Shown: positions 37,017-46,957, numbered from the stretch's first letter. The stretch is DNA of 64,000 bases from Myxococcota bacterium (GCA_022842935.1 JALHOP010000010.1:4926-68925), one strand, 5' to 3'. A program made the numbers and translations. Notes: a model not told the origin generated them from the letters alone.

Positions 37017-37526
37017 ATGGCTGAAATCAGGAACTTGCGGGACATGCTCATCGAAGAGCTCCGCGACATCTATCACGCGGAGAAACAGATCACGAAGGCG
37101 CTACCAAAGATGCTCAAGGCGGCGACATCCGAACAACTCAAGGCCGGCTTCGAGAAGCACCTCGAGGAGACGCATGGCCAGATCGAGCGCCTGGAGCAAT
37201 GCTTCGAGTTGCTCGACGAGCGGGTGCGAGGAAAGACCTGCGAAGCCATGCGCGGCATCATCGAAGAGGCTAACGATACGATGAAGGAGGACATGGAACC
37301 CGATGTGCTCGACGCAGCCCTTGTCGCCTCGGCGCAGAAGGTGGAGCACTACGAGATCGCTTCGTACGGCACAGTGATGACGTGGGCGAAACACCTGGGC
37401 TTCGACAGGGTTGCCAGGCTACTGAGCGCCACGCTCGATGAGGAGAAGGCGACTGACGTGAAGCTCACGCAGCTCGCCACCAAGGACATCAATGCGAGGG
37501 CCGCCAAAGCGGGCATGGCAGCCTGA
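37017..37526 (+). CDS. DUF892 ferritin-like protein (YciE/YciF)
   Basis: ELRDIYHAEKQ, HLEET..QIERLE, AQKVEHYEIASYG, TLDEEKATD; GGAGG RBS. Confidence 0.93.
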   Translation: MAEIRNLRDMLIEELRDIYHAEKQITKALPKMLKAATSEQLKAGFEKHLEETHGQIERLEQCFELLDERVRGKTCEAMRGIIEEANDTMKEDMEPDVLDAALVASAQKVEHYEIASYGTVMTWAKHLGFDRVARLLSATLDEEKATDVKLTQLATKDINARAAKAGMAA

Positions 37527-37600
37527 CGCCACGGGCTCAGGGCAAGCTACGCTGCGCACGAGCTAGCGGCTCTTGCGCCACGTTGCCAAAGGGGGATCCG

Positions 37601-38425
37601 ATGCTCACCACGACGGCACCCGTCATGCCAGAAGGCGCCCGTGTCGAAGATGCCCTGAGTCCTCACTCGCACGAGTTCTATCACCGCATGCTCGCCGTCC
37701 TCCTGGACAGCGGTCTCGGATTTTTGGTCGGCGGAACCTACGCCCTCGAGCACTATGCGGGCATTACACGTCCCAGCAAGGACCTCGACCTATTTGTGCG
37801 TGCACGCGACGTCGAACCAGTGCTCGACATCTTGCAACGTCATGGCTGCCGCGTGGAGCTCACCTTCCCACACTGGCTCGGCAAGGCATTCTACGGTGAG
37901 GACTTCATCGACATCATCTTCAACGCGGGCAATGGAGTCGCACGGGTGGACGATCGGTGGTTCGCAAACGCGGAGCGCTGCAAGGCTTTCAAGCATGAGC
38001 TCATGCTCTGTCCGGCCGAAGAGACCATCTGGAGCAAAGCCTGGGTCATGGAGCGCGAACGCTACGACGGAGCCGATGTAGCGCACATCCTGCGAGCCCG
38101 GGCCCACCACCTCGACTGGCCTCGCCTCATCGACCGTTTCGGTGACCACTGGCGCATCCTCGTGTCGCACCTGGTGCTCTTCGGGTTCATCTATCCGGGA
38201 GAGCGACACCGCGTACCCGAGTGGGTCATGCGGACCATGGTCGAGCGTCTCACCGCAGAGAGCAACGAAATCTCGAACGTCGAGCGGGTCTGCCAGGGCA
38301 CACTCGTGTCGCGCGAGCAGTACCTCATCGACATCGCTCGCTGGGACTACGCCGACGCACGCCTGGCGAACCGTACGATGACGGAGGCGGACGTGGCTCA
38401 CTGGACCGCCGCGATTCAAAAGTAG
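37601..38425 (+). CDS. Pol-beta-superfamily nucleotidyltransferase (uncharacterised)
   Basis: LVGGTYAL...KDLDLF (GG plus DxD), third Asp in FIDIIF, ERYDGAD. Confidence 0.8.
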   Translation: MLTTTAPVMPEGARVEDALSPHSHEFYHRMLAVLLDSGLGFLVGGTYALEHYAGITRPSKDLDLFVRARDVEPVLDILQRHGCRVELTFPHWLGKAFYGEDFIDIIFNAGNGVARVDDRWFANAERCKAFKHELMLCPAEETIWSKAWVMERERYDGADVAHILRARAHHLDWPRLIDRFGDHWRILVSHLVLFGFIYPGERHRVPEWVMRTMVERLTAESNEISNVERVCQGTLVSREQYLIDIARWDYADARLANRTMTEADVAHWTAAIQK

Positions 38426-38443
38426 CCAAGGAGGAGTTTAACG

Positions 38444-39286
38444 ATGGCCAGCACTACGTTGCCCCCCGCGCCCGTGCGAGCCACTGCGTCGTTGACGTCC
38501 TCACCGTGCGAAGAATCCCCCAATGACCGCCGTAGCGTACGCAAGCTCCGCATCGGCGCCATCGGTGACACACACTACGCGATGAGCTCGAGTGGTTCGC
38601 TGCACCCCTATTTCCAAGATCTACGCCGCTACGCAGATGTGTTGCTCCTCTGCGGCGACCTCACGGACCACGGTCTACCGGACGAGGCGAAGGCGCTGGC
38701 CGTCGACCTCTCCGCTGTCCGACTGCCGATGGTCGCAGTCCTAGGCAATCACGACTACGAGGCCGGCAAAGCGGACGAGGTGGCGAACATCATCCGCAAC
38801 GCTGGCGTCGAGGTACTCGACGGCGATGCCATCATGATCGGCGGTGTCGGTTTTGCTGGGGTCAAGGGCTTCGGTGGAGGGTTCGACCGCCACATGCTGC
38901 AGCCCTGGGGCGAAACCGGCGTGAAGGACTTCGCGCGCGCCGCGGTCGAAGAAGCTCTGAAGCTCGATAGTGCTCTTGCCAAGGTTCGCTCGCCGCACCG
39001 CATCGTGCTCATGCACTACGGCCCCGTGCGCGGCACCTCGGAGGGAGAGCCACCTGAAATCTTCCCTTTCCTGGGCTCGAGTCGCCTGGAGGAACCCTGC
39101 AATCGCTACGCCGCCACCTTCGTCGTCCACGGCCACGTCCACCGTGGCGCGCCCGAGGCAACGACGAGCACGGGGATCCCTGTTTACAACGTCGCGCTAC
39201 CGCTCTTGCGACGTCTCTATCCCGATGGGCCCGCCCTGAAGGTCATCGAGATCGATGTCGCACGTGAGTCGACGACAGCCGGTTGA
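38444..39286 (+). CDS. Metallophosphoesterase (Icc-like)
   Basis: GDTH, GDLTD, GNHD, MHY, HGHVH. Confidence 0.92.
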   Translation: MASTTLPPAPVRATASLTSSPCEESPNDRRSVRKLRIGAIGDTHYAMSSSGSLHPYFQDLRRYADVLLLCGDLTDHGLPDEAKALAVDLSAVRLPMVAVLGNHDYEAGKADEVANIIRNAGVEVLDGDAIMIGGVGFAGVKGFGGGFDRHMLQPWGETGVKDFARAAVEEALKLDSALAKVRSPHRIVLMHYGPVRGTSEGEPPEIFPFLGSSRLEEPCNRYAATFVVHGHVHRGAPEATTSTGIPVYNVALPLLRRLYPDGPALKVIEIDVARESTTAG

Positions 39287-39328
39287 TTTGCGGAGAACGA
39301 GCCCTTAGCTTGCGCGCGGGGTACCTCC

Positions 39329-40375
39329 ATGAAGATCAGCGCGGTGGGCGTAGGTTTCCCGGCGCATTACTACGATCAGGCGACGCTCATCGACGCGGCA
39401 AAGCGTATGTGGAGCGGTCGGTTCTTTAACCCGGCACGCCTGACACAGCTGCAGGAGAACGTCCTCGTCGGTGGACGGCACCTCGCGCTCCCCATCGAAC
39501 GCTACGGTGAGCTACAGGGGTTCGGCGCTGCCAACGACGCCTACATCGAGGTCGCCACCGAGGTTGGCGAGGCAGCGCTCCGCGACGCCCTCAGCGCCGC
39601 CAAGCTCGCACCGCGCGACATCGATCACCTGTTTTTCGTGTCCGTCACAGGCATCGCGACGCCGTCGATCGATGCCCGTCTGGTCAATCGCCTCGGCCTG
39701 CGCAGCGACGTCAAACGAACGCCGATCTTTGGACTCGGCTGTGTCGCGGGTGCCGCGGGGGTCGCGCGCGCCGCTGACTACGTCAAGGCTTACCCGGACC
39801 AAGTTGCCGCGTTGGTGTCGGTCGAGCTGTGTAGCCTGACCCTGCAACGCGACGACCTGTCGATTGCAAACCTGATCGCGAGCGGCCTCTTCGGCGACGG
39901 TGGCGCCGCTGTCCTGATCGCCGGAGCGGACACAACCCGACAAGGCCCCCGCATCGTCGCCAGCCGCTCGGTGTTCTATCCCGACACCGAAGAGGTCATG
40001 GGCTGGCGGCTAACGAGCGAGGGCTTCCGTGTCGTGCTGTCGCCGGAGGTACCAGCGATGACCCGCCATCTGCGCGGTGACGCTGAACGTTTTCTCGCCG
40101 CGCACGGCCTGACTCTCGCCGACATCTCTCGCTTCGTCTGCCACTCTGGCGGCCCCAAGGTCCTCGCGGGCGTAGAAGAGGCTTTCGGACTATCGCGGGA
40201 CAAGCTTGCCCTCTCGTGGAAGTCCCTTGCCGAGGTCGGAAATCTTTCTAGTGCTTCCGTACTCCTGGTCCTGCGTGACACGCTAGCCGACACGCGTATC
40301 GCTCCGGGTAGCTACGGTCTCATGATCGCGATGGGCCCCGGCTTTTGCTCGGAGCTGGTGCTGTTGCAATGGTGA
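39329..40375 (+). CDS. Type III polyketide synthase (alkylresorcinol/alkylpyrone synthase-like)
   Basis: Catalytic triad GLGC, HSGG and GNLSS; VELCSL; GPGF. Confidence 0.95.
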   Translation: MKISAVGVGFPAHYYDQATLIDAAKRMWSGRFFNPARLTQLQENVLVGGRHLALPIERYGELQGFGAANDAYIEVATEVGEAALRDALSAAKLAPRDIDHLFFVSVTGIATPSIDARLVNRLGLRSDVKRTPIFGLGCVAGAAGVARAADYVKAYPDQVAALVSVELCSLTLQRDDLSIANLIASGLFGDGGAAVLIAGADTTRQGPRIVASRSVFYPDTEEVMGWRLTSEGFRVVLSPEVPAMTRHLRGDAERFLAAHGLTLADISRFVCHSGGPKVLAGVEEAFGLSRDKLALSWKSLAEVGNLSSASVLLVLRDTLADTRIAPGSYGLMIAMGPGFCSELVLLQW

Positions 40376-40914
40376 TTGCCTACCTGGTCCTTATCGCGGC
40401 TGTGGCGTGCGAGCGCCTCTTCGAGCTAGCCCTGAGCCGCCGTCACGCGCGCGCCGCTTTCGCCCGCGGCGGCGTCGAATTCGGAGCGGGTCACTTCCGC
40501 GTCATGAGCATCATGCACACGGCGTTCCTCGTCGCGTGTGCCCTCGAGGTCGTACTGCTCGAGCGTGCCTTTCTGCCCTGGCTCGGCTGGCCTGCCTTGG
40601 GGCTAGTCGCTGGTGCGCAAGCGTTGCGCTATTGGGCCATCGTCGCACTCGCTGACCGGTGGAACGTGCGCGTGATCGTGGTCCCGGGTGAACCAGCAGT
40701 GCGCCGAGGCCCCTACCGCTTCCTGCGCCACCCAAACTACCTCGCGGTCGTCATCGAGATGGCGGCGTTACCGCTCGTGCACGGAGCCTATTTGACCGCT
40801 ATCGCGTTCAGCGTGGCCAATGCCGTGGTCCTCGGGGTACGTATTCGCTGCGAGGAGCAGGCGTTGCGCACACACTGTGCCTATGACGAACGTTTTGCGC
40901 GGAGAGCATCGTGA
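40369..40914 (+). CDS. Isoprenylcysteine carboxyl methyltransferase family (SrsB/BpsB-like O-methyltransferase)
   Basis: Multi-TM; GPYRFLRHPNY; RIRCEEQAL. Confidence 0.92.
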   Translation: MVIAYLVLIAAVACERLFELALSRRHARAAFARGGVEFGAGHFRVMSIMHTAFLVACALEVVLLERAFLPWLGWPALGLVAGAQALRYWAIVALADRWNVRVIVVPGEPAVRRGPYRFLRHPNYLAVVIEMAALPLVHGAYLTAIAFSVANAVVLGVRIRCEEQALRTHCAYDERFARRAS

Positions 40915-41153
40915 CCGAAGGCGATATCTTCCACGGCGTCAGCGAGCTCGTCATCAAGACCATGAAGCGCGAGGTCGAGCTTTCGATGACGACTGATTTT
41001 CGACGCGACCTGCAGCTCGATTCGCTGAAGCTGTTGGAGCTGGTCGTCGCCATCGAGGACCGTTTCGAGGTCTGCCTCGATCCCAGCGACGAAGCGGCGC
41101 TCGTCACGGTCGGGGATGTCGTTCGCTTTCTGGCCACGCGAGTGTCGAAGTGA
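40911..41153 (+). CDS. Acyl carrier protein
   Basis: DLQLDSL phosphopantetheine site; IEDRFEV; TVGDVV. Confidence 0.9.
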   Translation: MTEGDIFHGVSELVIKTMKREVELSMTTDFRRDLQLDSLKLLELVVAIEDRFEVCLDPSDEAALVTVGDVVRFLATRVSK

Positions 41154-42868
41154 AAACCCTTGCCGATGTGTTGACGCGCGCGGCGGCGTCACCGCAGGCC
41201 GTGACCTTCATCGATGCGCGCGGCGGTGAGGAGCGTGTCGCGTACGTCGCCGTGGCCGATCGCGCCCGTGCTGCCGCCGCCATGTTACGCAAGCATGGTG
41301 TCGAGCCACAGGAGCGTGTCGGCATCATCCTCCCTACGAGCATCGGCTTCTTTGACGCGTTCTTCGGGTGCATCATCGCCGGCGCCGTGCCCGTGCCGCT
41401 CTATCCGCCGACGCGGCTCGGGCGGCTCGACGAATATCACGAACGTACAGCTCAAATGTTGCGTTCGGTCGATGCCAAGCTCGTCATCACTGACGGCCGC
41501 GCCGGTAAGGTGATCGGCAACACCATGCTTGCGGCACAACCGGCGCGCGGGTGGCTCGACGTCCGCGAGCTGACACGCGACATGGTCGCGGTGATGCGTC
41601 CCACGCTCGGCGAAGACGATATCGCCTTCGTTCAGTTCTCGTCCGGTACGACCGGAGCGCCCAAGCCCATCGTCTTGACGCACAGGCAGATCCTCTCGAA
41701 CGTAACGGCGATCTTAGGCGCCATCGACGAGGCTTATCCGCTCGCGGCGCCCGAACGCCACAGCTGCGTGAGCTGGTTGCCGCTCTACCACGACATGGGG
41801 CTCATAGGCTGTGTCCTTGCCGCTTTAGCGTACCCAGGCGAGCTAACCCTGCTGGGGCCAGAGACCTTCGTTACCGACCCGGTGCGTTGGCTGCGAACCA
41901 TATCGGAGAAGCGCGCAACCATCAGCGCAGCTCCGAGCTTCGCTTATTCGCTATGCCTCGAGCGCATCGACGAGACTGAGCTCGTCGGGGTGAACCTGTC
42001 TTCGTGGCGCGTGGGCCTGAACGGTGCCGAGCCGGTAGCGCCGGCTGTCATGACCCGTTTCAGTGAGCGTTTTGCCCGTCGCGGCTTGCGCCCCGAGACC
42101 CTGACGCCAGTTTATGGGCTTGCCGAGGCGACGCTCGCGGTCACCTTCAGCGATCTCAAAGGAAAATGGAGCGTATCGCGCTTCGATACGCAAAAGCTTG
42201 CGGGTGAGGGAGTCGCTGTTCCCGACGAAGAGGGCATGCAGCTTGTCGCCCTCGGTCGGCCGTTGCCTTCGATACAGCTCCGCATCGCCAGCGAGGACGG
42301 TGTCGGGCTCGCGGAGAATACGCTGGGCCGCATCCAGATTCGTGGCCCGTCGGTGACGCGCGGCTACCTCGGTGAGCCACCGCGCGCCGTCGACGCCTGG
42401 CTCGACACCGGGGACACGGGCTTCATCCACGGCGGCGAGCTCTTCGTTTACGGCCGCACGAAAGACATCATCGTCCTGCGTGGCCGCAAATATGCACCCC
42501 AAGACATCGAACACGCGGTGAGCGCCGTCCCGGGAGTCCGCGCTGGCTGCGTCGCGGCGGTCGGAATCACCGGCCCCGAGGGTGAAGAGCTTCACGTGTT
42601 CGTCGAGCACGCGCGCGGCAAGACCATCGACGAGGCGGCCGTACGTGACGCCATCGGCTCCGCCACGGGGTTCAACGAGCTGCGCGTCGTGGTGCTAGAA
42701 CCTGGGACGCTACCGCGGACATCGAGTGGCAAGATTTCGCGATCCGACACGGCGCGACGCTTCCGTGCAGGGACTTTGACCCCGCCGGCCCCCCTTTCGA
42801 TGCTAAAGCTCGGCATCACCGCCCTGCGCTCGAAGCTCGCAATGGTGAAGACACGGAGTGGCACGTGA
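41150..42868 (+). CDS. Fatty acyl-AMP ligase
   Basis: QFSSGTTGAPK, SWLPLYHDMGLIG, YGLAEATL followed by the FAAL insertion, DTGD, PRTSSGK. Confidence 0.93.
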   Translation: MKTLADVLTRAAASPQAVTFIDARGGEERVAYVAVADRARAAAAMLRKHGVEPQERVGIILPTSIGFFDAFFGCIIAGAVPVPLYPPTRLGRLDEYHERTAQMLRSVDAKLVITDGRAGKVIGNTMLAAQPARGWLDVRELTRDMVAVMRPTLGEDDIAFVQFSSGTTGAPKPIVLTHRQILSNVTAILGAIDEAYPLAAPERHSCVSWLPLYHDMGLIGCVLAALAYPGELTLLGPETFVTDPVRWLRTISEKRATISAAPSFAYSLCLERIDETELVGVNLSSWRVGLNGAEPVAPAVMTRFSERFARRGLRPETLTPVYGLAEATLAVTFSDLKGKWSVSRFDTQKLAGEGVAVPDEEGMQLVALGRPLPSIQLRIASEDGVGLAENTLGRIQIRGPSVTRGYLGEPPRAVDAWLDTGDTGFIHGGELFVYGRTKDIIVLRGRKYAPQDIEHAVSAVPGVRAGCVAAVGITGPEGEELHVFVEHARGKTIDEAAVRDAIGSATGFNELRVVVLEPGTLPRTSSGKISRSDTARRFRAGTLTPPAPLSMLKLGITALRSKLAMVKTRSGT

Positions 42869-43977
42869 GGCCGTTGCTCGTCGTCGGGGCCGGCCCGGTC
42901 GGCCTCGCGGTCGCTATCGCGGCACGCCTCCGTGGTATCGCTTGCATCGTCATCGATCGACGTGAGCCGCCCTGTGACAAAGCCTGCGGCGAAGGGTTGC
43001 TACCGCACGGTCTGAAGGAGCTGGCGGAGCTGGGTGTCAAGCCACCGATCGCGCACCCCTTCGTGGGCATTCGCTACATCGACGGGGAAAGGACCGCTGC
43101 GGCGAGTTTCCCTGAACCCGCCCTCGGCGTACGCCGTATCGTGCTCTCAGAGACCCTGCTGCGCCGCGCCAAAGAAGTCGGCTGCGATGTCCGCTTTGGC
43201 GTATCGGCAACCGAGCTGCGCGACCAGCGTGACCACGTGGTCTTGACCACGAGCGACGGCGAGATCGAAGGCAGACTGCTGGTCGGAGCGGATGGCTTAC
43301 ACAGCAAGGTCCGCGAGCTCGCCGGCATCGAGGTGCGTCCAGGGCCGTTTCCCCGCTACGGGGCGCGTCGGCACTACGCCATCCGCCCCTGGTCCGACCA
43401 CGTCGATGTTCACTGGCACGACACGTGCGAAGCTTACGTGACGCCAGTGGCGAGCAACTGTGTCGGTGTCGCAATCATCAGCCACGGAAAGCTCGTCTCG
43501 TTCGACGAGGCGCTCGAGCGTTTCCCCGCCCTCACCGCCCGCTTGGCTCACGCCGAGATCGTATCGCCGCTGCGCGGAGCGGGACCCTTTCATCAACGCG
43601 TCGAGAGCCGGCACCTTGGTCATGTGGCGCTCGTCGGCGATGCGGCGGGCTACGTCGACGCGCTAACGGGTGAAGGTCTGTCGATAGGGTTTGCTTGTGC
43701 GCGCGCTCTCGTGGACGTCGTCGCGCGTGACCAGCCACTCGCGGTCTACGAGCAACACTACCGACGCCTAACGCGGGGCTACTATCGTACCACCCGACTC
43801 ATGCTCGCCTTGGCGCGCCGCCCAGCCCTGCGCCGCCAGGCGATCAAGGTCCTCTCGCGCACGCCCCGCGTGTTCGCCGCGCTGCTCGCCATGCACGCAG
43901 GCTATCCGATGACCCGCAGCACGTTGCTTGGTCGCAAATCATCGTCCTCGATTTCCCGGCTCGTTGGCACATCATAG
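42865..43977 (+). CDS. FAD-dependent monooxygenase/oxidoreductase (SrsC-like)
   Basis: GAGPVG, DKACGEG, GADG, GDAAGYVDALTGEG. Confidence 0.88.
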   Translation: MRPLLVVGAGPVGLAVAIAARLRGIACIVIDRREPPCDKACGEGLLPHGLKELAELGVKPPIAHPFVGIRYIDGERTAAASFPEPALGVRRIVLSETLLRRAKEVGCDVRFGVSATELRDQRDHVVLTTSDGEIEGRLLVGADGLHSKVRELAGIEVRPGPFPRYGARRHYAIRPWSDHVDVHWHDTCEAYVTPVASNCVGVAIISHGKLVSFDEALERFPALTARLAHAEIVSPLRGAGPFHQRVESRHLGHVALVGDAAGYVDALTGEGLSIGFACARALVDVVARDQPLAVYEQHYRRLTRGYYRTTRLMLALARRPALRRQAIKVLSRTPRVFAALLAMHAGYPMTRSTLLGRKSSSSISRLVGTS

Positions 43978-44561
43978 GTCGCGAGGAGCTCGACGTTCGA
44001 CGTCGGGGCGTACGCTCGCCTGGGATCACCGACGAGCACAGTGGCGCCTCGACGGGCCAACTCTCGAAACCAGCGCGTCCCCGCTTCGGCGAGCGGCCGC
44101 TCGTAGAAGACGTCGCCAGCCAAGACGACGTCGTAGCCCGTGAGGTCCTCGCCGACGACATCGCGTAAGGCGACTTCGAGTGTGACCGCGTTGAGCGCCG
44201 CGTTTAGACGCGCGGCTTGGGCAGCAAACGGGTCGAGCTCGCTCGCGCCGATATGGAGCGCGCCGGCCTTCGCCGCCGCGATCGCGACGAGGCCAGAGCC
44301 GGTCGCGAAATCGAAGACGCGGCGCCCGCGCACGACCTCGGGATGGTCGAGAATGTAGCGCGCGAGTCCTTGGCCACCGGCCCAAGCAAAGGCCCAGAAC
44401 GGCGGGGGCATGTCTTCGGAAGCAAGGACAGCCGCCGTCGACCGCCAAAGCGGTGTCAACTCGGTGGCAAGATGCAAGCGTAGCTCGGGGACGAGCCCAG
44501 GCGATGCAGTCGCGGTGTTCGCGACGATGAATGCGCACATGGCGTCGGGAGAGCGCCGCAC
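43902..44561 (-). CDS. Class I SAM protein methyltransferase (METTL20/PrmA-like)
   Basis: PPPFWAFAWAGGQ, DFATGSGL, GDVFY, GDPRR. Start is GTG 44561 or ATG 44540. Confidence 0.88.
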   Translation of the reverse strand: MRRSPDAMCAFIVANTATASPGLVPELRLHLATELTPLWRSTAAVLASEDMPPPFWAFAWAGGQGLARYILDHPEVVRGRRVFDFATGSGLVAIAAAKAGALHIGASELDPFAAQAARLNAALNAVTLEVALRDVVGEDLTGYDVVLAGDVFYERPLAEAGTRWFRELARRGATVLVGDPRRAYAPTSNVELLATYDVPTSREIEDDDLRPSNVLRVIG

Positions 44562-44563
44562 GG

Positions 44564-45667
44564 CTACGTGATGATGGGCAGGCTTGCGCGCCCCGGACCG
44601 CGTCGCACGGCTTCCTGTGGATCGTTGCGGGTGACGTTCTCGAGCGTCAGGACGCCACGCGGGCAGACCTCGGCACACATGCCACAGCCCACGCAGGAAG
44701 CGCGGGTGAAGCTCTGGTTGGTTTGGGCGTAGCTGCGCACGTCGATACCCATCTCGCAGTACTTCGAGCAAAGACCGCACGAGATGCACATGTCTTTCTT
44801 CACGCGAATGCGAAAGCGCCCGATTTTCTGAACCAGTCCGAGCATCGCCGCCATCGGGCAGAAGTTACGGCACCAGATGCGCGTGCCCCCGATGGGGTAC
44901 AGACCAACGCCGATGACGCCGGAGAGGACTGCGCCGACGACGAGACCGTAGATCTCGCGATATTGGCCCGCGACCGCGACGATGGGTGACTCCTCGGGCA
45001 GCAACGCGGACCCAATCGCCAGCGCCGTCGCGAGCAAGGCGGCGATCAGCACGGTGTGAATCGCGACCTTCTCGAAGCGCCATGACGTCGTGCTTTTCGA
45101 GCTCAGGTGGCGGAATGGTTCACCGGCCGTGTTTGCGAGACCGCCACAGCCGCACACCCAGGAGCAATACCAGCGTTTACCGAAGAAGACGCCCAGTACC
45201 GGCACCATCACGAGCGCACCGACAACGCTATAGACGACGTACGGCCATGGCAGACTGGTGATGCTATCGGGATAGAAGTAGTCGATCTTCAGCGGCCACA
45301 GATAGCTGAAGTAGTACTCTGGCTGCCCCGCCTGCTTGAGCATCTGTGGGACGCTGAAGCCGAGGGTAACCTGGACGACCATGACCACGGTCGTGCGGAC
45401 TACTTGGTAGCGGTTGTGCCGGTACTTCCAGAGCATCCAGCAGCCACCGAGCACGATCGCCAGGCTATACAAAGCGCCATAGAGAACCCACTTGCTCGAC
45501 AGGCCGAGTCTCTCGGCCCACGGAGAGAAGAGGTCGGGGACGCCGTATTGGCCGCCGAAATAGAGAACGACGTAGAACGTGAAGATCACGGCCGAAAGCG
45601 CCCAGGCAGTGACGCCCCGGTGAGTGACATCGTGGAGTAGCCAGCCACGCACTCCAGCCTTACGCAT
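44564..45667 (-). CDS. Membrane 4Fe-4S binding protein (polyferredoxin, NapH/YccM-like)
   Basis: Multiple TMs; CSWVCGCG, CRNFCP, CISCGLCSKYCE and CVGCGMCAEVCP. Confidence 0.9.
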   Translation of the reverse strand: MRKAGVRGWLLHDVTHRGVTAWALSAVIFTFYVVLYFGGQYGVPDLFSPWAERLGLSSKWVLYGALYSLAIVLGGCWMLWKYRHNRYQVVRTTVVMVVQVTLGFSVPQMLKQAGQPEYYFSYLWPLKIDYFYPDSITSLPWPYVVYSVVGALVMVPVLGVFFGKRWYCSWVCGCGGLANTAGEPFRHLSSKSTTSWRFEKVAIHTVLIAALLATALAIGSALLPEESPIVAVAGQYREIYGLVVGAVLSGVIGVGLYPIGGTRIWCRNFCPMAAMLGLVQKIGRFRIRVKKDMCISCGLCSKYCEMGIDVRSYAQTNQSFTRASCVGCGMCAEVCPRGVLTLENVTRNDPQEAVRRGPGRASLPIIT

Positions 45668-45685
45668 GGGCAGGACTCCCGAGCT

Positions 45686-46957
45686 TCACGAGGGGGATCT
45701 CGACCTCGTCGAATGCTGTAGATTCATCCGACCGAACTCGACGTCATGCTGAGCCTCGGCGAGGTGGCGAAGGACATAGGCGGGCGAGCGCCGCTCCGTG
45801 ACCCAGCGAACGAGAACCTCGTTGTCCCAGCGCGAGCCCAACATGTTGAAACCAATGACGCGCGTCCCGTCATGGACGATGCGTTGGCAGACGTGTTGGC
45901 CAGCGCGATGGCGAAAGATCGTGGGCGTGCCCGCGGGAGCGGACTCCACGTCACCGACCGTGGTGAACTCGATGTGAAAGAACTTCGAGCTGTTGAAGAA
46001 CACCGGCGGTTCGTAGGCGACGTCATCGCCGAAGATGTTACGGGCGACCACGGCGCCGTGCCGCTTGGCCGAGTACCAGATGGTCTCGATGAGCGGTCCC
46101 TTGGTAGGCCGCGCGATCTCGCAACAGTCGCCGCACGCAAAGACACCAGCGATGTCGGTTCGAAAGCGTTCGTCGACCACGATACCTCGGCGGCTAGCCG
46201 GAGCGCTCTTCCAGGCCTTCATGCGGTCGAGATTGGCGCGGACCCCGATGCAGACCCCTAGGATGTCGCCAGCGTAGCGCTTGCCAGAGCTCGTGACCAC
46301 CGCAGTGAAGCGGCCACCAGACGACTCGACCCGCTGCACGCTGTCTTCGACGACGACCTCGACGCCTTGCTCACGAAGGTGCGCGATAACCATCTGCGAC
46401 TCTTCGCGCGACAGCGCAGCCGGCCAGTAGTAGGGCTCGCGAATCAAGAAGGTGGTGGCGATACCGTGATGCACTAAACACTCGACGAGCTCGATGCCGA
46501 TGAGACCACCGCCGACGACCACCGCGCGCTTGGCGCTGGGGACCATGGCTTCACAAGCGTCGAGGTCCTGCATGGAAACGAAGTTGACGACGCCGTGCTT
46601 GACCTCGGTAAGGCCTTCCCAGTCGGGCTTGTTGGCGGTAGCGCCGAGTGCAAGCACCAGCACGTCGTAGGCGATCGTCCTGCCGCCAGCGAGCTTGAGC
46701 TCACGCTTGTCGGCGTCGTGATCGACGACCCAATCGGTGACCAGCCCAATGTTGCGCTTGCGCCAGACGTCACGCTCGAGGGGCTCGAGGTCACGGCGAT
46801 TCATCTTGTCCATGAACGCGTACATGAGCGCGGTGCGTGAGTAGAAGTACTCAGTCTCACCGCCGACAACCGTGATGCGCGCGGAGGCGTCGCGGTCGCG
46901 CGCGTCGAGAGCGCAGGTGATGCCGGCGATACCGTTGCCGACGATGACGATGTGCAT
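45686..46957 (-). CDS. NAD(P)/FAD-dependent oxidoreductase (rubredoxin reductase/NirB N-terminal-like)
   Basis: GNGIAG, LALGA, GGGLIG, FACGD. Confidence 0.9.
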   Translation of the reverse strand: MHIVIVGNGIAGITCALDARDRDASARITVVGGETEYFYSRTALMYAFMDKMNRRDLEPLERDVWRKRNIGLVTDWVVDHDADKRELKLAGGRTIAYDVLVLALGATANKPDWEGLTEVKHGVVNFVSMQDLDACEAMVPSAKRAVVVGGGLIGIELVECLVHHGIATTFLIREPYYWPAALSREESQMVIAHLREQGVEVVVEDSVQRVESSGGRFTAVVTSSGKRYAGDILGVCIGVRANLDRMKAWKSAPASRRGIVVDERFRTDIAGVFACGDCCEIARPTKGPLIETIWYSAKRHGAVVARNIFGDDVAYEPPVFFNSSKFFHIEFTTVGDVESAPAGTPTIFRHRAGQHVCQRIVHDGTRVIGFNMLGSRWDNEVLVRWVTERRSPAYVLRHLAEAQHDVEFGRMNLQHSTRSRSPS

